DNA of 36,588 nucleotides from Vicugna vicugna. Its lineage: Eukaryota. The stretch lies in the NCBI GenBank assembly GCA_013265495.1, contig MU058781.1, positions 7,160,522 through 7,197,109 on the forward strand. Direction: 5' to 3'. A program made the position numbers and the translations under genes. Below, piece after piece: positions 22,411 through 34,025 of this stretch (position 1 is its first letter; every line of letters begins with the position of its first letter). Under the pieces are notes generated by a model. The model saw only the letters and a program-made list of their open reading frames with translations, had not been told where the DNA came from and ran no database searches.

Positions 22411-25079
22411 TGCAGTAGAAATATCAGTGCAAGCTGTTCCTAGCATTTAGAAGTTGCTATTTCTACCAGATTGTGAAGCCAAACTGTGTAAAGATTTAGA
22501 ATCTGAAAAGGAAGCTCAGTTGGAAAATATGCCTAAGTGCAAAATGAACCAGGACACAAAAATTAAGGCTTCCATAACACGCATAATTCCAATAGGAAAT
22601 AAAAATGCCTAAAAATAAACTGTGGAATGAGAAGACTTGGTTGTTACTAATTTAGAGCCATTAGTAACAAAGATAAAGACATTAAATAAATACATGGTTT
22701 ATATCCTGCTTTTGATTGAGTCATAGAAGTAACTGTGAATGAGAACATAAGGCTAGAGTTGAGGCTGCTTTGTGCTTAATTTGATACTGTCCCTTTAATA
22801 TAAAAAATGCAAAAATATCAAAACCTACCATAAATATCTTACTGCTAATAATAGAGTTGCCGTCTCTGTTTGGTGAGACTACAAATTCAATTAATTCCAA
22901 TTCTGGTTCCAATAAGCTCTTTATGAGTCTAAAGGGATTATTAACATGGCAAAGTTTGAAAGATTGAATCACAACAACAATTTCTTGCAAGATTTCTGAA
23001 GCTTTGAGCAGTTTTGCTTTCATGAAAATAATCATCTATTAACCTAATGCAGTAGAAAGAGCAAACTGGGAAGAGAGGAAGCCAAGAAACAAGGGACAAA
23101 ATGTAGGGAGGGAATGGCATTCCTCATTTTTATTTATGCACCAAGTAAAAGTCAATGCCACTGTCAATTTTTTTATTCAGGCTGACCCCAAGAGGATAAG
23201 TTCTGTTTAGGATCTGGGTTTTTATTTTTATGTACAAGTTAAGTTTAATTTAATACAAATGTCACATACTTCCACCTTCCTAGAAGTGGTCACTTCATCT
23301 TCATTAAGGAAATGGAAACTATTATGACCTAAGTCTTCATTCTGTGATATGTGTGTTTGGACAAGCTTAGGCAAATAGCAAAGATTCAGAAATTCCTACC
23401 ACCAAACCTCCGGCATTGAAAAAAATGCTAGAGCCAGCTCAGTTCTCCATCTGGCCGTTCAGTATGAGCTGTGGAAATTTAGTCCAGCTAGTCCTTCAAC
23501 TCCACTTAATCTAGTTTCCTCGGGGTCTGAAACCTTGAGTTTGTGATGGTTTTCCCTCCACCGCTGCCCAGAACTCATGAGCTCTTCCGTTGGCCCCTTC
23601 AGTTAGCTTGGGCAATTCTGATACTGGAACCATGGACCTTTAGCATCGTCATCAGCGGCTCTGGGAGATCAAAATCGCGTTTCCACCCCTAGTCCTTCCA
23701 AGTGTTTTCTAATACTAGAGTATTTGACAAGACTGGAACAGGCTGTGGCCTCTTTTTGGGTCCATGTGTGCAGGTGTATATACACTGGTTCTGTCAGCCT
23801 GTACACAAGGGCACCAAGATTGGGCAAAAACTGTTGAACACGTGGTGGTGGTGGTGGTGCTGGTGGCAGCAGTGAAGAGTTATTCCATAATCTGGCACTA
23901 AAGTAAAGAGTGAAAATAATTATTCAAGAAGGCCCTCCAAAAACAGTAGCAGCAAACTCTACTGGTTTATTCATTGATTAATTTAGGTCTAAATAATACC
24001 GGTATCATGGCATAATACTCCCACTTAATTAAAAATCAATACAGTCTTCAAGCCAGGGATAGCTAGAGGCAAGTCTCATCCTTATCCTGAGTCTTTGTAC
24101 ATTTAAATTTTTAGGTTTTCATGCCTAAATTGAATTATTTGCTTCTATTTCACAAGAAGCTATAGGCGCCAACATTTTCCAGTGTCTTATTACATGGCAA
24201 AAGTATTGTGCTATCTTTGCTATAAAAATGCCTTCTGCAGGTCGTATTGTCACATTTCCTTCTCTTAGCCATGGAGGATGTTTATGTATCACATCACCCT
24301 AGGCTGGGACAGGTTCCCTCTTGTACGAGTCTGAGCTATTTCTTCAGTCACCAACCAGGTCCCAAGGACAGGTCTTAATGCATGTTTCACCCTGGCTGAT
24401 TGATCACATACTGACATGGTAACTGGCCAAGTCTTTCTTTGCTGGACATGATAACTCCCCAGGCTTCACCACCAATTCTGCCAATTTGCCACATGCTAGT
24501 TAGCCTAGGCAGAGAGCCAGGTGTTGCCTTTGACATTTTTTTCTGCAGGATGACCCTGTGTCTGCTCTGCTGGCATCCCAGAGCTACTTTGTTCTGATGT
24601 GTTGATGCCTGGGGGCTGCTCGCTCAGCACACTGGAAAGGGCTGGTCATTTCCTCCCCTAGATAGGGACAGGATGGCAGAGCCTGCAGGCAGAGAGCTAT
24701 TAGAATGACTGTTTCTTAAATACAATCAAGCTCTTTCTTTATGGTCTTTTCCTGTTTCTTTTCTTCCAAGGACTCCTTTCTGTATCTATCAGGGATTAAA
24801 GTGGTGCCTTAGGCACTTCGAAGTCTAAAGGGAAGGGAAGAGGGGGTGGGTTTGAAATCCAGTTGCTCCACTCTCTGCTCTACCCAGTACTTGTGGGTTC
24901 ACAGGCCTCACTTCCATCAAGTCTGGCTTTCTTCCTGGAGTGAAGTAGTCATGGGACTGGGTGGATTGGCTCAAGGGAATGGGGAGACTTTTTTTTTTTT
25001 TTAACACATTGTCCTTATTTTGAGTCATTGGGAGGGGAATGGAGTTTAAAAATACCCTTTACCCCTAGTAACATTAAAA

Positions 25080-26536
25080 TGTTACATTATGGTAAGTTTG
25101 ACTAAGGATAAGAAGAGAAAATGGAAGTGGGGGTAGTAAGGAAACTGATTTCTTGGATCTTGAGCAGCACAGTTGGATCAGCGTGGTCTTTCAGGCAGTG
25201 GCTTGCCTTTCCATAATTAGATTTTATTACTACATTTCTTTTCTGGCTCTTGGAATCAGAGAAGTGAGAGGTATGATTTCTCACATTGCCAGGTGAGTCC
25301 CCTGTTTTTGTCAGGAGACAAATATGGGAGCATTTTTTGGAAACTCCTCTCCAGTGTATTGTTCTTTCAAGGTCCTAGAAAGAGAAGAGGGGAGGAATAA
25401 GAAATCAGAAGGGGAAGTGATTCTGAGAGAACCTAGAAGTTTCCTTCCCAAAGAAGGCTGTCCCATGAACAGTGCCATCAAGAAGGTGATCTCCAGATCC
25501 TGAATTTGACAGTCCTTGGAGTTGAAGAGATCCCAGGATCATGATTGCTGGGCATTGGAGGTGTCCAGTGGGCCAGAGGAACCTATGACACTATGTGAGC
25601 GGTCAAGAGGGAGAGAACTGAAGCAAAAAGAGATCAGATAATCTCTGAAACCTATCCTCAACCATAGGGTCACTGAGAACGACTGATTACCCAGCACCAG
25701 AGCTGGGGCTGTTCCCAGTCAGCCAGGTAAATAAATAACCATGGCTTTTGGATAAATGAGAATTTGTCTACTTGGTCTCAGCCTGACTTAGTGATTTCAG
25801 TGGCTAGAAGGACAGGATAGGATCTGGGAGAGAGAAAGAATGCCAAGGAGGAAGGGATGCCAAGGAGATGTTTCTGGCAATGGAGCAGCTGGCATCCTGT
25901 TCTCATTGAGATTGGGTGGCCCGGAAGGATCCTAGTTACTGTGAAACTGCTGTCTCCATGATCTCTGTGACGAAAACAGTGTGGTCCAGAAGGAGATGTG
26001 AGATAGAGCTGGTTGATGAAGAGGATATCGGAATCGCTGCCTTTGCCGCAGCTTCAAATAGGAGACTGTTGACAGCTGCCTGTAAAGTTTGAACCAGCTG
26101 CCACCAAGGACAGGTCCAGCCCCTTCTTCTGCTCTGTCTTCAGGGGATGTACCAGCCACAGTCTGTAGGCCTTTTGGCCAGAGAGAGTGGGCAGACTGCC
26201 AGGTAGGCCTTCAGGATAGTCCTCTTTATGGGAGGCCAGAGGGAGAATATGAAAGTATTGCGAGGGATTCAAAGAGAGCTGGGCTAGGAAATTAACCTAG
26301 ATTAAAAAACAATGAAACAAGAGTCTTCTGTGGAACTATCCCAAATCAAAGACAAGAGCTATGACATTTATCATTGAGGGATCTTGGTTAGGTGATCTCT
26401 TCCATTCAAACAATCAAGGGAAAATAAAGCTATTTTCCCCTTTCTCAGCCCGTATGCTTCATGTAAGGGATTCCGCCCCCTCCTTCTTAGGATAAATGCC
26501 CAGGTTTAGAGGTGAACAGTCTCTTGGATGGTAACA
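25080..26536 (+). mobile_element. Putative ancient solo LTR (~1.46 kb; LTR78-like or mammalian Gypsy-type, family not established)
   Basis: Termini TGTTAC (25080-25085) and GTAACA (26531-26536) are perfect 6-bp inverted repeats with TG...CA. Flanks TAAAA (25075-25079) and TAAAT (26537-26541) form a 4/5 TSD. AATAAA at 26423-26428 lies ~110 nt before the 3' end. Confidence 0.6.
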
Positions 26537-26929
26537 TAAATAGTACCATTGAGGCCAACTTTCCAACAAAGTGTGAGAATTAGCTGGGAGTTTCAGTTTA
26601 TTTGCAGGGAAATCTGGAAATAAACCAGGGGTGCTAGAATGGGCTTGATAGTGGGTGAGGAGGAAGGCGTCTATGGAAGAGGGACCATGCCCTGCTTTGA
26701 TTTGCCCATTTGTTGTCTGGTTCAGGAAAATACCAAGACTGGCCTTTTGCAGGGACTTCTAATGAGGCACCAGTATACTCTGTAAGTCTTTTGTAGAGTT
26801 TTCTGGCTTCTGATACCAAGGAAACTTCTGGAGGAAGACAAGGCATAATGGATTTGTTGGCTGAGTTTTTCCCCTCAGGAGATAGGTGACTGGTTACAAC
26901 ATAGTGCTAACTTTTGGAGAACCGACTTT

Positions 26930-27520
26930 CCATGTTGACACTTGGAGTGGCTCATTGGGAGAGAAACCTTGTAGAGTCCCAGAATTTAATGGCTTTTTAT
27001 TCTTCTTTATTTTGTTATTCTCTCTTATTCAGCACAGCATTAGTTTTATTGCCCTGTGGCTCCAATAAAACTGCATTACACAATCATAGCATCCCCTATT
27101 ACATTGTACCTTTGGATTCCCATGTGTGAGGCCAGTCAGTGCCATATAGTCTTTCCAGGATGCATCTCTAGATTATGGCTTCTTTCAGTTGCTTCACAAG
27201 ATAGCAGGACAGTAGTGAAAGTGGTGAAGTTGGGATGCTAATAACCCTTCTCCTTGAAAAGCATCTCTCACAGGTTGTTGTAAGAAGTTGAGATTTCCCC
27301 ATGAACTCTTAGCTGATCCTTTTACTGAGAGCATTTGGGAAAAAAACATGTCTTGACTCTCTTTTCCACAATCTTGGGGGTGTTGTAGTAGGTCCTGGTC
27401 TTTGAAATTACCAGTAGCCATAAGAGAGCTTAGGATTTTGACAGGGAGGTGGAATTGGAATTTGAAATACGGTAGAAATAGCATTTTGAGATAATATCTA
27501 CACCATAACATTTCCTATAT
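26930..27520 (-). mobile_element. CR1-type (L3-like) LINE RT fragment, highly decayed
   Basis: The reverse complement contains AATAAAACTAATGCTGTGCTG...CTCTACAAGG, resembling the CR1 KANA.LG.I.R...LY..LVRPHLE region. Boundaries are uncertain. Confidence 0.45.
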
Positions 27521-28131
27521 GCTCCAGCTTTAAAAGTCATAGAGTGACTAGAATGGTGCTATGGGTACACACTGGGCATGGTTTAAATGGAATAGGTTAA
27601 ACTGTGAGGCAGTTGGTTTTCCCTTAGATGATAATCCAAACAGAAAATCTCGGGAAGATGAGAATACAATGGATGTTGGCATTTTAATGAGTGTAGTTGT
27701 GGAAACATAATTAAAATCATGCATTTGGGAGGCAAAGGTTAATTAGTGGAGGAAATGACATCATATCTACATATACAGCATATGTCTAGTTCCAGTGCAT
27801 CATGAATCAGTTTCTATATGTTCACACATGGAATCATTTATGGTACTTTGAGTAGGCAGAATGGAAACCATGTAGCTTGAACAATCTACTGTTGACATAC
27901 ACCTTTGGAAAGTATCCTATTTTTCTTCCTTTAGGTCTTAGAATCTTTCTACTCCTATTCTTGCTATGTTTGGTTTTAGTATGGGTATTAGGGATGGGGT
28001 TGAGGGTAGAAGTGGATGTGTCTCTGTTTCCCATCTTCACATATAAGCTGCTTCGAGGCTGGCTCAGTTCTATGTAACTTGAAAACTCTGTTTTCATCTA
28101 GGCTAAAGAAATTCTGTAAAAAGTTATGTGA

Positions 28132-29502
28132 CTCATGCAAAAGAGTGAAATTGGACTCTCACCTAACACCATATACAAAAATTAACTCAAAAAGAATCAA
28201 AGACCTAAGTGTAAGATTCAAAGCTGTGAAACTCTTAGAAAAAAACATGGTGCCAAAGTTTTACTACATTGGATTTGGCAGTGATTCCTTGGATATGACA
28301 CCAAAGGCATAGGAAACAAAAGGAAAAATAGGCAATGTGTTCTTTAGGGAAATCAAAAATTTTTGTGCATCAAAAGACAATGTCAGTGGGGCGTGGGTAT
28401 AGTTCAGTGGTAGAGCGCATGCTTAGCATGCATGAGGTCCTGGGTTCAATCCCCAGGACTTCCAATAAAAAAATTAGGAAAAAAAAACAAGACAGTGTCA
28501 ACAGAGTAAAAAGGCAACCCATAGAATGGGAAAAAATATTTGCAAATTGTATATCTGATAAGGGATTAATAGCCAGAATAAATAAAGAATTTCTAAAATT
28601 CAAAAACAGCAATAAAAATAAACAACTCCATTCAAAAATTGGCAAAGGACTTGACAGGTATTTCTCTAAGAAGATGTAAAAATGGTCAGTAGCACATGAA
28701 AAGATGCTCAAAGCACTAATCATGCAGGAAATGCAAATTAAAACTACAGTGAGATACCACCTCAAACCCATTAGAATGGCTATTAACAATAACAACAACA
28801 AAACTGGAAAATAGCAAGTGATGGCTGGGATATGGAGAAATTGGAACCCTTGAGCAATGTTGGCGGGGGTGTACAATGGTACAGCTGCTATGGAAAACTG
28901 TATGACAGTTCCTCAAAAATTAAAAATATGATTACCATATGACTCAGCAGTTCCACTCTGGGTACATACACCCGCAAATTGAAAGCAGGATCTTGAAGAG
29001 ATATTTACATGCCCATGTTCTCAGCAGCAGTATTCACACTGGCTAAAATGTGGAAGCAACGCAGAGACCATCAACAAACAAATCAACAAGTAAAATATGG
29101 AACATGCAATGAAGTATCATTTAGCCTTAAACAAGAAGGAAACTGACATACTACAACATGGATAATCTTGAGGACATTATACTAAGTGAAATAAACTAGA
29201 CACTAACAGACAAATACTATGTGATTACACTTATATACGGTATTTAAAGGAGTCAAGATCATTGTGATAGAAAACAGAATGATGATTGCCAGAGGTTGGG
29301 AGAGGGAGAAATGGGGAAATTGTTGTTTAATGAATATAGAGTTTCAGTTTTACAAGATGAAAAAAGATGAAAAAGTTACAGAGATGGATGGTGGTCATGG
29401 TTACACAACATTATGAATTCAATACCACTGGAATGTACGCTTTAAATGGGTAAGAGTAAATTTTATGTTATGGCTATTCTACCACAATAAAAAGAATTAG
29501 AA
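28132..29502 (+). mobile_element. 5'-truncated LINE-1 (L1MA/L1MB-type 3' end: ORF2 C-terminus, 3'UTR, A-tail)
   Basis: ORF fragments KLDSHLTPYTKINSKRIKDL and RVKRQPIEWEKIFANCISDKGLI match the L1 ORF2p C-terminal region. The 3'UTR ends TTTTATGTTATGGCTATTCTACCACAATAAAAAG. The TSD AAAAAGTTATGTGA is identical at 28118-28131 and 29503-29516. Confidence 0.95.
28388..28488 (+). mobile_element. tRNA-Ala(AGC)-derived SINE (camelid Vic-1-like) inserted in the L1
   Basis: A box TAGTTCAGTGG (28400-28410), B box GGTTCAATCCC (28443-28453), anticodon arm CATGC-TTAGCAT-GCATG with AGC at 28425-28427, and an A-rich tail. TSD AAGACAATGTCA (28374-28385) / AAGACAGTGTCA (28489-28500), 11/12 match. The L1 sequence is continuous across the insertion. 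Confidence 0.9.
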
Positions 29503-29739
29503 AAAAAGTTATGTGATTACTTACTGTGTTGCCCTTTGTACTTAACTGGCTTTGTATACACATTTTAAATACATACAAACACATTTTTACCATAGTTGAT
29601 CAAACTGCTGACTTAATAGGTGTTAACTTGGATTTTATAAAATCTAAGTGCTGAACAATAGGTGAAGTTCTGTAAATTAGTATATGTAAGTGAATTAATA
29701 TATCAGCATTACAATTATGTTGACAAATGGAAAATACTC

Positions 29740-29950
29740 AATATGTAATATTAACTACCAAGACCAGAACACAAAGCCATGTACGGTGGTGATCTCATAT
29801 CTATAAAAATATGTGGGGAAAATGGACTTGTAGGAAAATAACAAAATGTGAACAATGGTTATCTGTTGGTAGTGAGTTTGAAGGTCATTTTTCTTTTCTG
29901 TAAAACACTTTCTACATTAAAAATACTGTTTCTATAATCAGAAAAATATT
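29740..29950 (+). mobile_element. L1ME-type 3' end fragment
   Basis: AAAATGTGAACAATGGTTATCTGTTGGTAGTGAGTTT...TTTCTATAATCAGAAAAA is typical of old L1ME 3' termini. Confidence 0.6.
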
Positions 29951-32014
29951 TTTGTAATGAAAAATAATCATAGAAATCAGTATTTTATATTTAGGTAACA
30001 CTGGATATAAATGTCTTCTTTACACCTGATCAAAGGGTTGACTCAATGTACCTGAATAATATTTGGGAATGAGACTCCTGTCAGGAATATACCACTAGTG
30101 TGAAATACATTGCTTCTGAAGATAAATAGGATCTGTCTTCCAATGTTTTAACTTCCAGTACCTTGTGCAAGCACAGAATCTGCTATGAATTGGAGACCTG
30201 CCAGCTTGGGCAATACAGCTTAACAAATGAGGTTTATAAGCCTTTTTTCAGTTCATGTTGGTAGCATTTTCTTACTGAGATGTAAATACCACAGCTGGTG
30301 AAGTAGCAATATTAATTAGCATGGGAAGTAGGTGGGGGGATATGAAGGAAGAGTCACTAAAACTGTTATAGGCTGTGACTGCAGATAAAAAGCAGGTGGA
30401 AAGTAGATAATAATTTTTCTCCACCCTCTGAGAAGATAGATAATATTAGCTGTGTCATATGTGTAGAGAAAAAAATATCTTGCTTTAAGAGCTGACCACA
30501 GAATTTTCTTTATGGGAAAGTTCCATTGTTTGGCTTGATATCTGGGTTGATCATTTTGGTTGTGGAAAGAAAGCCCTCATGGCCCAAATGTACTGAGTGA
30601 GAGAGGTCTTATGTGAACAACTCTGAGTGAGGATTGAATAGGATATTTGGAGTATAGAGGCAAGTGAAGTAGAGAGGAGAAGGAAGGAGGAGGAGGTTAA
30701 GTGTGTCTATGTGTGGTTAGTAATGGAGAGAGTCTTAATAGAAGGCAGGAGAAATTCTGCAGTGGTGGCGGAGTGATGGTGGTGGATGATAGCTACAGAA
30801 CTTGTCAGAAGAGGACCAGAAGCCTCTCTTCTGTTGATCTGTGCTACCTTCTCTGCCAGCATTACCATGAATTTTCAGTGAAGAGTCTATTACTTTCTAT
30901 GGCTGTATGAGTAGTCTTTTTGGAAAATCAAGAAGGGGCTATATTCCATGAATAGGCTGACGTACAGAGGAAAGGAGAAGAGAGGAGAGAGACATTATTA
31001 GGATTTTAGAGAATTAGAACCAAAGATATTAAGGAAAAATGTTAAGTCTCCCAAGAATTCCCAGAAATGTTTAGGCATGCTGGGCTACCCAAGGTAGTTA
31101 GAATGAGATTTGAGATCACAATCTCAAAGGCAGGGTCACCCTAGTTGACATCTGTTACATTCGTACTTTTAGAGAAGCAGATATTTAATTGATTGATTGA
31201 TTGATTTTTAGCTAACCAAATGTCCAATCTGGGAAAATCTCAGTCCAAAGTTTGATTTTTTATCAGTTCACAGGTTTAGTCTTTCCCTGCTTGTTTTAAG
31301 TACTACAATTTGTAGTTGAGATTTGCAACTGTCAATTATCTGTTCTCCTGCCAATATTAAAAAAAAAATAGGCATGGGAAGAAAATAACCATAAAGACAT
31401 TTAATCAGTTACAAGAATAGGGTTTATTTCTCCCTACTGGGTCATGTTTTCCAAATAGTCTTCAGAGAGTTTAAGCTGATTAATATTTGTCATGTCAAAA
31501 CCACATAATTGCGTTTCAGCCCATTAGTATGCCTGTAGTCTTATGGCACAGGACAGAGCAATCAATTTATCACTAAAATTTCATTTGTTTACTACCCAAA
31601 CAAATAAAAGTGCAGGCTTGGAAATTATGTCAATGCTGTTAGTAGTGATTTTGGGGGCTCTTATTTTCCCCTAGTAATTGAAGTGTTGGATCCAGGATAT
31701 TTCTACTTGTGAGAGCCATGTCCATGAATATTATAATGCAGCACATCCTATCAGCTATTAATCAAGGTATTTCAAAGTGAGGGAGAGAGACCTCAATTTG
31801 GACAGTTCAGTTTCTTATTCATGAGTTCAGAGGGCTTTCTTTTTTCAGATGCCTTTTTCCCTTTCCACTCTGTTTCTTATTAGATGATCTCATTTTATTG
31901 AGACCAACAAAGAAAAATGAGTACACAGGGAATATCTGCGCTTAAAAATGCACATTTATGGAAGTGCAATTTCAGGTTGAAGTATTATTAGACAAACTAA
32001 ATATGGCATACTAA

Positions 32015-32145
32015 AAAAGCAGTAGAAAGTAGGAGATTTGGCTTTTAGTTTATACCTTATCTCTTGCAAGCTCTGGGATGTTGGGCAAGTCACTTAGCTT
32101 TCCAACTCCTCATTATCTAATTACTGGAAGGGGGTAATAGTACAT
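32015..32145 (+). mobile_element. MIR fragment
   Basis: TTGGGCAAGTCACTTAGC...GGGGTAATAGTAC MIR core. Confidence 0.7.
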
Positions 32146-32169
32146 GTCCCGCCCGAAGACACAGGACTG

Positions 32170-32510
32170 AACTCAGTGATCACCTGTCTGCCTGGCTCTA
32201 TGGCACTTCCCGTCTCTAGCCCCTTACTGTACTTTGTTTTTCTTCATAGCATTTATCACTACTTGATCTTTTCTTTTTTATCCTTAGAGTTTTTAATGAC
32301 CTTAGGCAAAAGCAATACAGTATTAACTTACCTTCATATTTATTGATCACTACCTGATCTTTTACTGTAAATATATTTATCTTCTTATTCTTTGTTTATC
32401 CAAATAGAAAGTAACCTGCATGAAAACAGCATGCCTCTGTGTTATTACCAGTGCTAGGGCAGTGACTGGCACGTAGTGTATGATCAGTAATATCTGTTGA
32501 AAAGATGAAT
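32170..32510 (+). mobile_element. LINE-2 3' end
   Basis: TTTTTCTTCATAGCATTTATCACTAC...TAGAAAGTAACCTGCATGAAAACAG...CAGTGACTGGCACGTAGTGTATGATCAGTAATATCTGTTGAAAAGATGAAT is a canonical L2 terminus. Confidence 0.85.
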
Positions 32511-32547
32511 CCTAGCTATAAAACCTAGGTTTATAAAATGGAATCGG

Positions 32548-32780
32548 ATGCAGCGTGGTGGCTAGGCTTTGTTGTCAAGATGTCATGGTTCAAATCTCAG
32601 CTCCACCACTTTCTGGCTGTGTGACCTTGGTTAATTAGCTGCTTAGGGCTTCAGTTGTATGTTTTGTTATGGGTAGAATGAGCCAAACAATAGTACCTAA
32701 CTCTGAGTTGTTATGAGAAAAAATAAAATAATTCGTGTAAAGTAATCAGCACCGGGTCTGAATTCATTGTCAATTATCAC
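32548..32780 (+). mobile_element. MIR SINE, near full length
   Basis: GGTTCAAATCTCAGCTCCACCACTTTCTGGCTGTGTGACCTTGG...AATAGTACCTAACTC...GTGTAAAGT. Confidence 0.85.
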
Positions 32781-33314
32781 TATCGGTTTTTGGATGCATA
32801 AGGCATAGACTCAGCTTTTCCAAGCGAGAATGAAAAAAAAAAATAGATGATGCCACAATAAAGACTTAGAACGACAAAGATTTACTGTTGTTGTCTCATA
32901 ATGAATGCTATCTCCTGGTAACCCCAGTGTTGAGGTACAGTTATGTTAGCTGTGTTGCAGGCTGAACGAGAACTCTTTTACAGGATGATCTCCTGTCAGT
33001 CTCTTACTGCATGGTTAAAGTGGCAATCGGGACAGCAGTGAGCCAAGCGGAAGTGGTTGATGAATTACTTTGGAGCTCGTGGGTTGTGAGGAGCCCGAAC
33101 AGGATCAGTATCTGGGCAGCAATGATGATGGTGGTGTTACTGCGGTCACAGGCTAGCAGGGGAAGAGGACAAAGTCAGGTGGCCCTGAACTTGTGTGGAA
33201 CCACCAGGATCGGGCTGTGCCTCTGCTCAGACCTGAGCCGATTCCCCTGCTGCCTTAGATCCAGGGAAATCCTGATGGTGACAGGAGGTTAGAAATGAGG
33301 ACTGAGAAAGGATG

Positions 33315-33520
33315 GAAGCTAACATTTAATTAGTACCCCCTTTTCGTCAGGCACTGTAATTTTAGAAGTTTCCATCTCATGCAGTCTTTATAATAACCCT
33401 TGAAATAAACATTTTGTTTATTTAATAAAGACCTGAGGCTGAGGAAGGTTAAATAACTCAGAGTCAGCAGCAAGTAAGAGATGGTCTGGAAGCTCTAATT
33501 TAGAGCTCCAAAGACTGGGT
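33315..33520 (-). mobile_element. MIR SINE
   Basis: AGCTAACATTTAATTAGTACC...CAGGCACTGT...CTGAGGCTGAGGAAGGTTAAATAACT is an antisense MIR. Confidence 0.75.
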
Positions 33521-33859
33521 CTTTCAATATGGAGGTCTGATCTCAATGGAAAGGGTCAGTGTCCAGGTGGGGTCAGTACTTGGATGTAAGAAACCCATGT
33601 GGAGAACTGGCAGCAACAGGGGACACCGAGCACACTCCCTTCTCAGGTGGCTCTTCTGTGTTCCAGTACAGCTCAGCTTCCAAACTGGAGAAAACTTAAG
33701 GTAGAAACACATGGGCTGGTGGAGGAGCAGACTTTTGAGAACCAGGGGAACCTTCTCTGCCTATCCTGGCTCCTCACTCCCCAAGACTGTGATGATTTAG
33801 GTGTGCTTCCTGTCTATTCCCATAAGTCGTTTGTGCGTGAACCTAGCTCTACCTGATGT

Positions 33860-34025
33860 TGTTCTCTACCTATCCTCTGATGTGTCTGCCCTGCACTCGA
33901 GCTTGTGATTTCCTTGAGAGAAGCGAGAGTGGCTCCTCATTTTGTCTCTAATGCCTGGTACACTGCATGTCACATGGTCGGTGTTCCAGGTTGCTGCAGA
34001 ATTGAGTGAGGGGAATGAGTGGGAG
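33860..34025 (+). mobile_element. LINE-2 3' end
   Basis: GTGTCTGCCC...CTTGTGATTTCCTTGAGAG...TGCCTGGTACACTGCATGTCACATGGT...GAATTGAGTGA is an L2 terminus. Confidence 0.6.

Noticed and set aside
22480..23040. 104-aa ORF (22721-23035, minus) or CR1/L3 remnant
   Set aside because: The ORF has no recognisable homology, and the similarity to L3 is too faint to call by eye.
24535..24660. Splice acceptor TTTTTTTCTGCAG followed by a possible coding exon
   Set aside because: All three frames hit stops within ~60 nt and no good donor follows.
28393..28464. Functional tRNA-Ala(AGC) gene
   Set aside because: The acceptor stem is mispaired, and it has extra 5' bases, an A-rich tail instead of an oligo-T terminator, a TSD, and sits inside an L1. 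It is a SINE.
28370..28876. 168-aa hydrophobic ORF on the minus strand
   Set aside because: It is the antisense reading of L1 ORF2 plus the SINE, a familiar source of spurious membrane-protein-like predictions.
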